A DNA stretch of 64,000 nucleotides from positions 2,059 to 66,058 of IMG/VR virus record IMGVR_UViG_2924769383_000001; one strand, given 5' to 3'. A program made the position numbers and the translations under genes. The DNA is from a virus. Taxonomy: Duplodnaviria; Caudoviricetes. The notes under the pieces are model-generated. The model ran no database searches, was not told where the DNA came from, and saw only the letters and a program-made list of their open reading frames with translations. This document shows, piece after piece, positions 28,182 to 37,099 of the stretch; position 1 is the first letter of the stretch, and each line of letters begins with the position of its first letter.

Positions 28182-29294
28182 ATGAAATTCAACCACCTTT
28201 TGGCGGCGTTTTGCGCCGAGCCATGGGCGATTCAGCGCGAGAAATTGGGCGTTTTGGCCGACATTCTCGTTGCGCGCGCCGAAGGCGACAAATTGTTTTC
28301 GACGGAGATGGCAACCGCCATTTCTGACGCTCGAGCCAAGGAAATCGCGGAAATCGACGGCAAAGTGGCCGTTATCCCGGTTTATGGCGTTCTGGCGCAG
28401 AAAATGGACATGATGTCCGCAATGTCGGGCGGAACTTCGTATGCTGGGCTGAAAAAGTCGCTGCATTCGGCGCTTTCGAACGAAGACGTCAAGGCTATTG
28501 TCCTTGATATCGACAGCCCTGGCGGTTCAGTGCCGGGCACCGAAGAGCTGGCGACCGAAATTCGCCGGATTCGCGGTGGTGACAAGCCGATTATTGCGCA
28601 GGTCAACAGCCTTGCGGCCAGTGCCGCGTACTGGATCGCGTCAAGTGCTGACGAGATTGTTGTTACGCCGTCTGGGCGAGCTGGATCCATCGGCGTCTAT
28701 ACGGCGCATGATGACGTTTCGGCTGCGCTGGAAAAGCGCGGTATCAAGCGAACCTACATTTCGGCCGGCGAGCACAAGGTCGAAGGCAATGAGACCGAGC
28801 CGCTGGGCAAGGACACGTTGGCTTTCATCCAAGATGGCGTCAATCGCTCATACGGGCGGTTTGTAGCGGCTGTAGCCGAAGGACGCGGCACGACTGTCGG
28901 CAAGGTCGAGGACGGCTTTGGGCAGGGCAGGGTGTTCTACGCAGAGCAGTTGCTAGATCGCGGCATGGTGGACGCCGTTGCCACGATGGATGAGACGCTG
29001 GAGCGCTTCGGCGCCGTCACGCAGCCCGCCTATGTGCGCCGCGTGAAAGCGGCTAACCAGGCTAGGGCCGGCGCGGCTGAAGTGCTGGCCGCAAAGATGG
29101 CTGCTGGAGACAAAATTACAATTCGCGAATTCGAGCATGGCATCAGGGGACTGATCGGCCTTTCGAAGTCGGAAGCAGAGCACGCTGCAAAGCTCTACTT
29201 CAAGGATAGTCAGGGGGAACCTGACGCAGATGCGGCAACTCTTGCCGCGCTAGACCGTCTGTTAGCGGCTGCGCGTTCTCCTCTGTTTAAATAA
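28182..29294 (+). CDS. S49 (SppA/ClpP-like) prohead protease
   Basis: LDIDSPGG, AASAAYWIAS, GSIGV. Confidence 0.95.
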   Translation: MKFNHLLAAFCAEPWAIQREKLGVLADILVARAEGDKLFSTEMATAISDARAKEIAEIDGKVAVIPVYGVLAQKMDMMSAMSGGTSYAGLKKSLHSALSNEDVKAIVLDIDSPGGSVPGTEELATEIRRIRGGDKPIIAQVNSLAASAAYWIASSADEIVVTPSGRAGSIGVYTAHDDVSAALEKRGIKRTYISAGEHKVEGNETEPLGKDTLAFIQDGVNRSYGRFVAAVAEGRGTTVGKVEDGFGQGRVFYAEQLLDRGMVDAVATMDETLERFGAVTQPAYVRRVKAANQARAGAAEVLAAKMAAGDKITIREFEHGIRGLIGLSKSEAEHAAKLYFKDSQGEPDADAATLAALDRLLAAARSPLFK

Positions 29295-29303
29295 GGAGCC
29301 ACT

Positions 29304-30527
29304 ATGGCTGACTCTAATCCGCTTGCCGACAAGATCGGCGAGCTTGGTACTTCGCTTGCCTCCATTAAGGAGCAGGTTGGTAATCTCGGCGCCGACTTCA
29401 CCGCTAAGCTCGCCGCGACCGGCGAAGTTTCCGCCGAACTGAAGGGTAAGGTCGACAAGGCTCTGACCGAGCTTGGTGAAGCCACCACTCGCGTTAGCGA
29501 GCTTGAGAAGCGCGCCGCCCGTGAGCGTGACGTTGTTGAGTCCGAAAGCATGGACCTCGGCGACCACCTCATTGCGTCTGAGGCGTTTAAGGGCACCGAC
29601 AAGTCGGGCGGCTGGCGCGGCGCCATTCGCGTTGGCGTTGAGCGTGCGGACATTACTTCCGGCAACACCACCGTTGGCGCAGGCCGCTCGGCTGGCACGT
29701 CGCTGGTTCCTGGCGCTCGTGTTCCAGGCATTGTCACGCCTCCGAATCGTCAGCTCACCATCCGCGACCTGCTTGCCCCCGGCCAGACCGTATCCAGCTC
29801 GGTTGAGTACGTGAAGGAAACGGGCTACACGAACAACGCCCGCCCTGTGACTGAAGGCACCACCAAGCCTAAGTCGGACCTGACCTTCAACCTGGTCACC
29901 ACTCCGGTGCGCACGATTGCCCATATCTTCAAGGCTTCGCGCCAGATCATGGACGATGCGCCGGCCCTGGCCAGCTACATCAACGCTCGTGGCACGTATG
30001 GGCTGAAGTTTGTCGAAGAGACGCAGCTCCTGAACGGCAATGGCACTGGCCAGAACCTGAACGGCATTCTGCCGCAGGCTACTGCGTTCGCTCCTGCGTT
30101 CAATCCTACGGGCGAAACCGCAATCGATCGCGTGCGCCTCGCACTCCTTCAGGTCATCCTGGCTGAGTACCCGGCGAGCGGTATCGTGCTCAACCCGATT
30201 GATTGGGCGCGCATCGAACTGACCAAGGACAACGAGGGCCGCTACATTGTCGGCAACGCGCAGTCCCCGATCGGTCCGACGCTGTGGGGTCTGCCGGTTG
30301 TGCAGACGCAGGCGATGGCCGCGGGCGAGTTCCTGACTGGTGCGTTCAACCTGGCTGCTCAGATCTTCGACCGCATGGGCGTCGAGGTTCTTCTGTCGAC
30401 CGAGAACTCGGACGACTTCGAGAAGAACATGATGACTCTGCGCATCGAGGAGCGCCTTGCTCTTGCCGTGTATCGTCCAGAGGCGTTCGTGACCGGCGAT
30501 ATCGACACTATTACGACTGCGGCTTAA
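29304..30527 (+). CDS. HK97-fold major capsid protein
   Basis: N-terminal coiled-coil delta domain; TIRDLL, LWGLPVV, RIEERLALAVYRPEAF. Confidence 0.97.
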   Translation: MADSNPLADKIGELGTSLASIKEQVGNLGADFTAKLAATGEVSAELKGKVDKALTELGEATTRVSELEKRAARERDVVESESMDLGDHLIASEAFKGTDKSGGWRGAIRVGVERADITSGNTTVGAGRSAGTSLVPGARVPGIVTPPNRQLTIRDLLAPGQTVSSSVEYVKETGYTNNARPVTEGTTKPKSDLTFNLVTTPVRTIAHIFKASRQIMDDAPALASYINARGTYGLKFVEETQLLNGNGTGQNLNGILPQATAFAPAFNPTGETAIDRVRLALLQVILAEYPASGIVLNPIDWARIELTKDNEGRYIVGNAQSPIGPTLWGLPVVQTQAMAAGEFLTGAFNLAAQIFDRMGVEVLLSTENSDDFEKNMMTLRIEERLALAVYRPEAFVTGDIDTITTAA

Positions 30528-30535
30528 CGGCCAAA

Positions 30536-30557
30536 GGGGCGGCTTTCGGGCCGCCCC
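30536..30557 (+). terminator. Stable hairpin after capsid gene
   Basis: GGGGCGGC-TTTCGG-GCCGCCCC; U-tract weak. Confidence 0.6.
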
Positions 30558-30575
30558 ACCTTATCCGGAGCAATA

Positions 30576-30869
30576 ATGAGAATCCAAGCCCTGAAAACCC
30601 TTCTTGACGGCAACGTCACCACAAAGAAGGGCACTGTTTACGAGGAAGACGACTTCAAGGCGCGCGATCTCATTAACATGGGCTACGCGGTGCATTTGCC
30701 TGAGCCAGACGAATCTGTCGCGGCGCCATTGGTTGGCAAAGACAACGTGGATTTTCTTCTGCTCCAAGCTGGTGGCCACGTTGGCTTGGAGAAACCTGCA
30801 TCATCGTCGCAGGAGGACCAAGCGCGGCCGAAGCGGACCTACACGAAGCGCGCGGCAAGCACAAAGTAA
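30576..30869 (+). CDS. Small post-capsid protein (0-frame product)
   Basis: SD GGAG; KGTVYEEDDFKARDLINMGYA resembles small capsid-associated domains. Confidence 0.8.
   Translation: MRIQALKTLLDGNVTTKKGTVYEEDDFKARDLINMGYAVHLPEPDESVAAPLVGKDNVDFLLLQAGGHVGLEKPASSSQEDQARPKRTYTKRAASTK
30749..30791 (+). promoter_or_regulatory. Candidate -1 programmed frameshift signal
   Basis: In-frame G-GAT-TTT (30749-30755), 6-nt spacer, 8-bp stem CTCCAAGC/GCTTGGAG. Confidence 0.7.
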
Positions 30870-31396
30870 TAGTCGTAAACAACGGCTATCGGCTAGCGCC
30901 GTGGGCTGACGTTCTTTACGCCTGTGACTACGACTGGTGGGCACATAATGGCGGTCGGACTGATTTCGCCGGCCTACGAATTGGCGGCGATGTACGTGAC
31001 GGCAAATGGGGCGTTCGCCCCGTTAAGATCGACATGCGCCGGGATGAAATCCTTGTGCATAAGTTCGGGACCATTGGTTGCGGTGGCAATTCGGGGTTCC
31101 AGGCCCTAAACCTTGCCGTCCAATTCGGCAGCCGGAACATAATTCTGGTTGGGTACGACATGCATGACCGAGCCGGTGTCCATTGGCACGGGAAGCATGG
31201 CAGCGGGCTTAATAACCCGAGTCGCGCGAGTTTGGCGCGGTGGCGCGGTGTAATTGACGGCCAAGCGCCGATGCTGGAGCGCATGGGCGTGCGCGTGATT
31301 AACGCGAGTCCAGACAGTGCGCTTACGGCATACCCCAAGATGACATTTAGCGCCGCGCTTGCGGCATGTACGGAGCGCGCCAATGTCGTTGCTTGA
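30755..31396 (+). CDS. Maf/MptE-like (CstII/GT42-type fold) transferase domain, start-less, likely a -1 fusion
   Basis: Frame open from 30704 with no ATG/GTG/TTG before ETCIIVAGGPSA; VNNGYRLAPWADVLYACD, NSGFQALNLAVQFGSRNIILVGYDM. Confidence 0.75.
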   Translation, partial: SSAPSWWPRWLGETCIIVAGGPSAAEADLHEARGKHKVIVVNNGYRLAPWADVLYACDYDWWAHNGGRTDFAGLRIGGDVRDGKWGVRPVKIDMRRDEILVHKFGTIGCGGNSGFQALNLAVQFGSRNIILVGYDMHDRAGVHWHGKHGSGLNNPSRASLARWRGVIDGQAPMLERMGVRVINASPDSALTAYPKMTFSAALAACTERANVVA

Positions 31397-31742
31397 TATT
31401 GCCTTGGTGAAGAAGCACCTCCGCATCGACTTCGATGATGATGACGACACGATTTCCGCCTACCAGGCAGCGGCAGAGACCATCGTAACGGAATATGTTG
31501 ACCGCGCCGTCTATGCCGCTGGCGGCATGCCGGCCACTGGTGACGACGGAACGGCAATTGAGGTTACACCGGCTATTACGGCTGCGATATTGCTCCTTAT
31601 TGGCGACCTTTACGAAAGTCGTGAGGCGGATCCTGAAAGCAAGGGTGATGCTGTGCTGCCGCGTGCGGTCAGGGCGCTGCTTGCGCCGTACCGCGTGTGG
31701 CGCGTGCTAGATGAATGCACTTACGTGGAAGTTACGACGTGA
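31383..31742 (+). CDS. Head-tail connector (HK97 gp6-like)
   Basis: VKKHLRIDFDDDD...AILLLIGDLYESRE...LLAPYR. Confidence 0.92.
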   Translation: MSLLDIALVKKHLRIDFDDDDDTISAYQAAAETIVTEYVDRAVYAAGGMPATGDDGTAIEVTPAITAAILLLIGDLYESREADPESKGDAVLPRAVRALLAPYRVWRVLDECTYVEVTT

Positions 31743-32674
31743 CGATTGCCGAAAAGCGCCACCTCTTCATCCGCGGGATGCATGGCCTTGGCGACAACCT
31801 CCACCAGCGGGCGATCATTCGCCAACTGATGCCGCGCTTCGATGTCTATCTCGAGAGTTCATGGATTGCTCCGTATCATGATTTGATTGCGGGTGGCCTG
31901 AAGGTTCTGCACAAGCGCACCTCACTGCGGACCCAGGCCAAGAACGCCGACCGGGAGCGCAATCTGTTCTGGCGCGGCAGTGTCCCGATCGCACGGCAAA
32001 TGCAGATTTCCTACTCGCCTGACCTGGTGCGCGAGTGCGGTTCTGTCCTTGCCGCAATGTGTCGAACGGCGGATGTGGATTACGCGCGGGCGGATTTTCG
32101 CCTTCCAATTCCGGCAGAGTGGCGCGAGCGAGCCGACAGGCTTATTGACTTTTGGCAGCCAACCAAGCCGATCCTGATTTACAGGCCGCTCAATGAGCGG
32201 ACGGAATGGGGCGGTTGCCAGGCAAGAAATCCAGACTATGACGCTTATGCTTCGCTGTTTGCGTCGATCAGAGATCAGTTCTTCGTCGTGTCAGTTGCTG
32301 ACCTTGTTCCAAAAAAAGAGTGGATGGTCGGCCATCCTATCAAGGCTGATGTCGAATGCCACTCTGGCGAACTGGATTTCGAGACGTTGGTTGCGTTGGC
32401 ATCGCGTTCTGCCATGGTCTACTCCTCGCCGGGCTTTGCCGTGATTCTTGCGCAGGCTGTAGGCACTCCTGTCGCTTGTATATTCGGCGGCTATGAGGAC
32501 TCGACGTCCTTCGCCGGAGGCGCGCGCTATAGCCCGTATCTCGGCATTGACCCTATCAAGCCGTGCCAGTGTTTTAGCCACAAGCATGACTGCCAGAAGG
32601 AAATAGACATTGGCGCCGCAACCGAACTTCTACAATCCTTCGTCACTGCAAATACCGGCCGTCTCGCAGGATAG
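31739..32674 (+). CDS. Glycosyltransferase, GT9 (heptosyltransferase-like)
   Basis: GMHGLGDNL N-terminal motif; LVALASRSAMVYSSPGFAVILAQAVGTP..IFGG. Confidence 0.8.
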   Translation: MTIAEKRHLFIRGMHGLGDNLHQRAIIRQLMPRFDVYLESSWIAPYHDLIAGGLKVLHKRTSLRTQAKNADRERNLFWRGSVPIARQMQISYSPDLVRECGSVLAAMCRTADVDYARADFRLPIPAEWRERADRLIDFWQPTKPILIYRPLNERTEWGGCQARNPDYDAYASLFASIRDQFFVVSVADLVPKKEWMVGHPIKADVECHSGELDFETLVALASRSAMVYSSPGFAVILAQAVGTPVACIFGGYEDSTSFAGGARYSPYLGIDPIKPCQCFSHKHDCQKEIDIGAATELLQSFVTANTGRLAG

Positions 32675-33233
32675 TATTGGCGTGCAGCCAATCGACAAGA
32701 CTGGACTAAATACACGGTTCATGAACCCCGGTGAGTTGGAGGCCGCTGTTGCGTTAGCGCGCCTGGCTAAGCCGAAAGTCGTTGTTGAGTTCGGCGTCAG
32801 CGAGGGCCGCACCGCCAAGGCTTTGCTGCTCAACATTGACACAATAGAGCGCTACGTCGGCATTGACGTGCCGCAAGGATATGTCACAGACAAGGCTGTT
32901 CAGCGGCGGGAGGTGCCGCAACAACCGGCGCACTTCGCATTGGACGACCCGCGCTTCCGGCTTCTGATTGCGCGTCGTGGATCGCATGATTTGGCCACCG
33001 ACGATTTGCCCGAGTGCGACTTCGTGTTCATCGATGGCGATCACGGGCGCGCTGGCGTTACAAAGGATACGCTCCTGGCCACGCGCATCGTTCGTCCGGG
33101 CGGCATGATTGTTTGGCACGACTACCACCACCTCGGCAGCGTCGACGTTAGGGATGTGCTTGATGAGTATTACGACGCGGGCCGACCAATCCAGCACGTG
33201 GAGGGCACATGGCTGGCGTTCATGAGGGTGTAA
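32610..33233 (+). CDS. Class I SAM methyltransferase (Methyltransf_24-like)
   Basis: VVEFGVSEGRT, DFVFIDGDH, GGMIVWHDY. Confidence 0.9.
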   Translation: MAPQPNFYNPSSLQIPAVSQDSIGVQPIDKTGLNTRFMNPGELEAAVALARLAKPKVVVEFGVSEGRTAKALLLNIDTIERYVGIDVPQGYVTDKAVQRREVPQQPAHFALDDPRFRLLIARRGSHDLATDDLPECDFVFIDGDHGRAGVTKDTLLATRIVRPGGMIVWHDYHHLGSVDVRDVLDEYYDAGRPIQHVEGTWLAFMRV

Positions 33234-33463
33234 GCGTGTGGGTTAGGTTTATCGAGCCATACGACTATCGCCTGCCGTCTTCGACTGTGGCGTACAAGCC
33301 GGGTGACTATAATGTCCCGCAACGGTGCGCCACGCTGGCCGTCGCTGCGGGTAAGGCTGTGAGGCTTCGCAAGGACAACAAGAATGAGGAGCCGCAGCCG
33401 TGGCAAGAACCCGCAGTGGCCAACTCAACGCCAAAATTATCTTCCAGCGAAGAGGCGATGTAA
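33209..33463 (+). CDS. Small virion-associated protein
   Basis: VRFIEPYDY...YKPGDYNVPQRCATLAVAAGKA; position among head-completion genes. Confidence 0.65.
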   Translation: MAGVHEGVSVWVRFIEPYDYRLPSSTVAYKPGDYNVPQRCATLAVAAGKAVRLRKDNKNEEPQPWQEPAVANSTPKLSSSEEAM

Positions 33464-33795
33464 CTGACGATTACGGGAATGTTTCCGTTGGTGCAGGTCC
33501 CTTTGAAGATGTAGGCGCGCCGTTCTCGGCCCGCCTCCAGCCGATCTATGGCAGCAGCCAAAATGTGGAGGGTGTCTTCGCTTCCCGCCTGTCCGCCAAG
33601 CAGCCGTACAACCTCATCGTAAGGAACTGCGCCGCTACGCGGGCAGTTCGCACTGATTGGCGCGTTGTGGATGCACGGCAGGCGCAGGATGTGAATGGGG
33701 CAATTCCACGCGTTTTCAACATCAAGACAATTGTTGATCCTGGTGAGGATCGTGCGTGGCTAGAGTTTTTGGTGGTCGAAGGCGAGGCGTCCTAA
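33400..33795 (+). CDS. Head closure / head-tail adaptor
   Basis: SGQLNAKIIFQRR..DDYGN, DWRVVD, FNIKTIVDP. Confidence 0.88.
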   Translation: MARTRSGQLNAKIIFQRRGDVTDDYGNVSVGAGPFEDVGAPFSARLQPIYGSSQNVEGVFASRLSAKQPYNLIVRNCAATRAVRTDWRVVDARQAQDVNGAIPRVFNIKTIVDPGEDRAWLEFLVVEGEAS

Positions 33796-34301
33796 TGGCG
33801 CTCACGACTAAAATCATTGGCCGCGAGGCACTACAGCGCCGCCTTGACGAACTTGTTCCGGAAGCCGGCAAGGCGGCTGCGGCGGCTAAGCTTGAGGTGG
33901 CTCGAGAGGCTGCCAATCGCATTGCGTCGAGGGCGCCAGTTGGCGTGACTGGTGTTCTGAAAGACAGCATCATCGGTGCGCGACAGGCCGACATGCCGGG
34001 CAAGAAGGCGATCGGAGAGAATCCTTCCAAGGATCCGGACGCTACGGGCGTCTACGCTGATTTCACTTGGAAGTTTGCTGAGTATGGGACTGCGCCGCAC
34101 GTTATATCAGCCAAGAGCGGCAAGAACCTTGTGTTCACGGCCAAGGACGGGGCGCGGGTTTCTATTCCTTCGGTCAACCACCCCGGCGCTCGCGCACAAC
34201 CGTTCGTCTTCTACACATGGAAGGCTTACCGCAAGGCGGCCAAGGCCAAGATAGCGCGCGCTATTAGCGCGGCGGTGAAGGCCGCCACGAAGGGCAAATA
34301 G
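33795..34301 (+). CDS. HK97 gp10-like neck protein
   Basis: APVGVTGVLKDSI, FAEYGT, HPGARAQPF. Confidence 0.9.
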   Translation: MALTTKIIGREALQRRLDELVPEAGKAAAAAKLEVAREAANRIASRAPVGVTGVLKDSIIGARQADMPGKKAIGENPSKDPDATGVYADFTWKFAEYGTAPHVISAKSGKNLVFTAKDGARVSIPSVNHPGARAQPFVFYTWKAYRKAAKAKIARAISAAVKAATKGK

Positions 34302-34318
34302 GGCTACAGGAGTACCGC

Positions 34319-34750
34319 ATGGCCGCGCCGATGCACGAGATGATTGGCGTGGCTACGGCCCGCCTAAAGGCATACGCAGGGCTAACCGCGCTCGTACCCG
34401 CAACGAACATCTTCTATCGTCCGCCAGCGAGCTACGTGCCGCCTTATGTGACCTTAGACGATGCCTTTTCAGTTCGCGATGATATGTCTTGCGTCGATTC
34501 CATTGAGATAACGCTCAACGTCCACGTGTGGACAGATGACAGCCACCCGCTCGCGGGCGGCGGGGGTGCGTTGCAGGACGCGCGCGCTATCGGATGGCAA
34601 GTGGTCAAGGCGCTGCACCATTACGATTTAGTGCTGCCCAACAATCGACTAGTGACATTGGCAAACACTGGCGAGCGGTACTTCTATGACCAGGATGGCG
34701 TGACGGGCCATGGCGTCGTTTCTATGTCCAGTGTTATCGAGGCGACTTGA
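34319..34750 (+). CDS. Tail terminator (DUF3168-like)
   Basis: PYVTL, NVHVW, DGVTGHGV; position before tail tube. Confidence 0.85.
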   Translation: MAAPMHEMIGVATARLKAYAGLTALVPATNIFYRPPASYVPPYVTLDDAFSVRDDMSCVDSIEITLNVHVWTDDSHPLAGGGGALQDARAIGWQVVKALHHYDLVLPNNRLVTLANTGERYFYDQDGVTGHGVVSMSSVIEAT

Positions 34751-34834
34751 TACACGGCAATCCTAAGCCTATATAAGAAGCGAGCCGACGCGGTACTTGC
34801 AATACCTAGCCGGCTCTAACCTTACGAAGCTGGA

Positions 34835-35737
34835 TTGGAGCTACGCATGGCTGACGACGCAATTAGTGCGCTATTCGATGGCGCGCAAGACCCACCGCTG
34901 AAAACTATTGTCTGCGCCAGGTGCGGTTGTGAAACCCTGCGCCGTAAGGCTACTGGCCCACAGAAGTATTGTGACGCGTGTCGATCGGTTCGTAAGACGG
35001 AGACGTCTCGCGAGGCATCAAGAAAGTTTTCTTATAGGCACAACGGCACGGCGCCATCTGGAACCGAGTGCGCGTGCGAGTGGTGTTCCCAACCCTTTGA
35101 GTCGCGCAAGGGCAGGAACATATTTTGCAGCGAGGCATGCAGGGCCGAGTCGTGGCTGGCAAAGCGGTGGAGGAAGAGACTCCGTGGCGCCATCAGGACT
35201 GTCGGCCAAATTGTTATCTGTGAATGCTGTTTCGAGACATATGAATTCGGTGTGCGATCGGACAAGAATAGATGCGAAACATGCGTATCGTCCGGCACCA
35301 ATCCAACCTTGCGTGAGTTGTGGAGCGCGTATCGGCATAAGAAAACGTCCGTTGGCGTGGCAGAGCGGAAAAGGAAATACTTCCGACACTATAAAGATAG
35401 AAGGCGAGAGGATGACCCTCGCTATGTGCTCGACGAGCGTATGAGCGATGCCATTCGGAGCAGTCTGAAGTTAGGCAAGCAAGGCGTATCGTGGAAGTTG
35501 ATGGTCGATTACTCGGTCGGACAACTCAAGAAGCACATTGAGCGTCAATTCTTACCCATGATGACTTGGGAAAATTATGGCGAATGGCATATTGATCACA
35601 TAGTCCCGAAGGTGTCGTTCAACTACGAGGATCACACAAGTCCTGATTTTAAGGCGTGCTGGGCTTTAACCAATCTTCGCCCCTTGTGGGCATTAGACAA
35701 CATCAGCAAAGGTGGCCGAAGGATACATTTGATCTGA
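34835..35737 (+). CDS. HNH-type endonuclease with tandem Zn ribbons, inserted in tail operon
   Basis: Multiple CxxC; MTWENYGEWHIDHIVP...CWALTNLRPLWA.DN.SKG. Confidence 0.88.
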   Translation: MELRMADDAISALFDGAQDPPLKTIVCARCGCETLRRKATGPQKYCDACRSVRKTETSREASRKFSYRHNGTAPSGTECACEWCSQPFESRKGRNIFCSEACRAESWLAKRWRKRLRGAIRTVGQIVICECCFETYEFGVRSDKNRCETCVSSGTNPTLRELWSAYRHKKTSVGVAERKRKYFRHYKDRRREDDPRYVLDERMSDAIRSSLKLGKQGVSWKLMVDYSVGQLKKHIERQFLPMMTWENYGEWHIDHIVPKVSFNYEDHTSPDFKACWALTNLRPLWALDNISKGGRRIHLI

Positions 35738-35763
35738 CCGCCAGTAACAAATATCAACTTATG

Positions 35764-35791
35764 AGGCCGCCAAGTGTGCGGCCTTTTCTTT
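35764..35791 (+). terminator. Intrinsic terminator-like hairpin after HNH
   Basis: AGGCCGC-caagtgt-GCGGCCT followed by TTTCTTT. Confidence 0.55.
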
Positions 35792-35806
35792 GAAAAGGAA
35801 ACTCAC

Positions 35807-36244
35807 ATGGCAGTTACTCCCGGTCAACAGACGGGCAGATTGTTGCTCCTGCAAATCGGCAACGGCGCGTCCCCGGAACTCTTCAACAATCTCTGCGGCG
35901 TTCAGACGCGCAGCTTCAACATGTCGGCCAATGACGTCGACACCACGATTCCTGATTGCGAAAACCCTGGCGACACGCCGCAGAAGACTGGCGTTCCAGG
36001 CATCAAGAATCGTACCTTCACCGGTTCGGGCAAGTTCGTTGCCGGCGCCGATCAGACGGCGTTCATGCAGCATGTGATTGACGCCACTGTGTTCAACGCC
36101 AAGGTTATCGTGCCTGGATTGGGCACGTTTACCGGCTCCTGGTATGTGACCGACTTTACGCTGAATGGCGAGCAGGAAGGCACAATGGGCTTCGACGCCA
36201 CGTTTATGGCTGCCGGTCCTCTGGAATTTGAGGCCGAGGTATAA
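35807..36244 (+). CDS. Major tail (tube) protein, GTA gp9/TP901-1-like
   Basis: GRLLLLQIG, FSMSANDVDTT-like, GTFTGSWYVTDF. Confidence 0.9.
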   Translation: MAVTPGQQTGRLLLLQIGNGASPELFNNLCGVQTRSFNMSANDVDTTIPDCENPGDTPQKTGVPGIKNRTFTGSGKFVAGADQTAFMQHVIDATVFNAKVIVPGLGTFTGSWYVTDFTLNGEQEGTMGFDATFMAAGPLEFEAEV

Positions 36245-36246
36245 TC

Positions 36247-36585
36247 ATGGCGTTAGAGGTAAACGGCGCACGAGGGGAAGTCGCACTTACGGTGGGCGGC
36301 GTCGACCTCGTTATTGCGGCCACCATGGCCGGGCTTGCGGCTGTGTCTACAAGGCTTGAATGCAAGTCCATGGCTGATCTATTTCAACGCCTTTCTGGCG
36401 TTGAACCTGCCGCAACCACTGCAGCACTTGAGCTTCTTACGGTTCGTGGCGACAAGGCCGCAGCCGTAAGCAAGCTGAAGTTGAAGCACTTTAGGGCGTG
36501 TGCGGAGGCTATTAACGCAGCCCTCGCCCATCAGTTCATGGACGATGAGGGAAACGACGAAACCGCCAAACCAAAGGCGGGGTAA
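36247..36585 (+). CDS. Tail assembly chaperone G (GTA gp10-like)
   Basis: NGARGEVAL...LVIAATMAGLA motif. Confidence 0.85.
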   Translation: MALEVNGARGEVALTVGGVDLVIAATMAGLAAVSTRLECKSMADLFQRLSGVEPAATTAALELLTVRGDKAAAVSKLKLKHFRACAEAINAALAHQFMDDEGNDETAKPKAG

Positions 36586-36788
36586 AAGTCGATCAACCAT
36601 TTCCGTGGCGTGACTGGATGAAGGGCGCGTTTGGCGGCCTTCAGTGGTCGCCGGAAACGTTTTGGCGATCAACAATCACAGAATACATGCTGGCGATTGA
36701 GGGCTTCAACGACCTAAATGGCGACGGCAAAAAAGACGAAGGGCCAAGCGATGATGATATGTCGGACCTTGTGGCTAGATACGGCTAG
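36579..36788 (+). CDS. Tail assembly chaperone GT extension in -1 frame
   Basis: After GCG-GGG-TAA the -1 frame reads GVKVDQPFPWRDWMKGAFGGLQWSPETFWRST...; lambda G/GT arrangement. Confidence 0.75.
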   Translation, partial: GVKVDQPFPWRDWMKGAFGGLQWSPETFWRSTITEYMLAIEGFNDLNGDGKKDEGPSDDDMSDLVARYG

Positions 36789-37099
36789 CCCGCTGATATC
36801 CTGGCCGATACACACTTGAATGCGCCAACAAAATTAACGCCGCTGCCTGGCTCTGGATATTGTCCAGTCGCGCAAAGGCGAAAAATGCCATCAACTATCG
36901 GGCCTCGCACTCTCTTAAGGGCTTCGATACGGATTAGAGCGCCGCTTTGATCCTGAATGCATTTCGACACATCGCTGCCGCTGAATGCATGAGTGCAGTA
37001 TGGTGCGATCTTTGTAAGCACGTTTTCGCCATCGGCACGAGCATCCGCTGTCCAGACAGACATCGCAGTCACAAAAGCTGCACCTACAAGCCACTTCAT
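36785..37099 (-). CDS. Antisense moron, secreted Cys-containing protein
   Basis: Signal peptide MKWLVGAAFVTAMSVWTADARA; four Cys; opposite strand to tail operon. Confidence 0.7.
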   Translation of the reverse strand: MKWLVGAAFVTAMSVWTADARADGENVLTKIAPYCTHAFSGSDVSKCIQDQSGALIRIEALKRVRGPIVDGIFRLCATGQYPEPGSGVNFVGAFKCVSARISAG

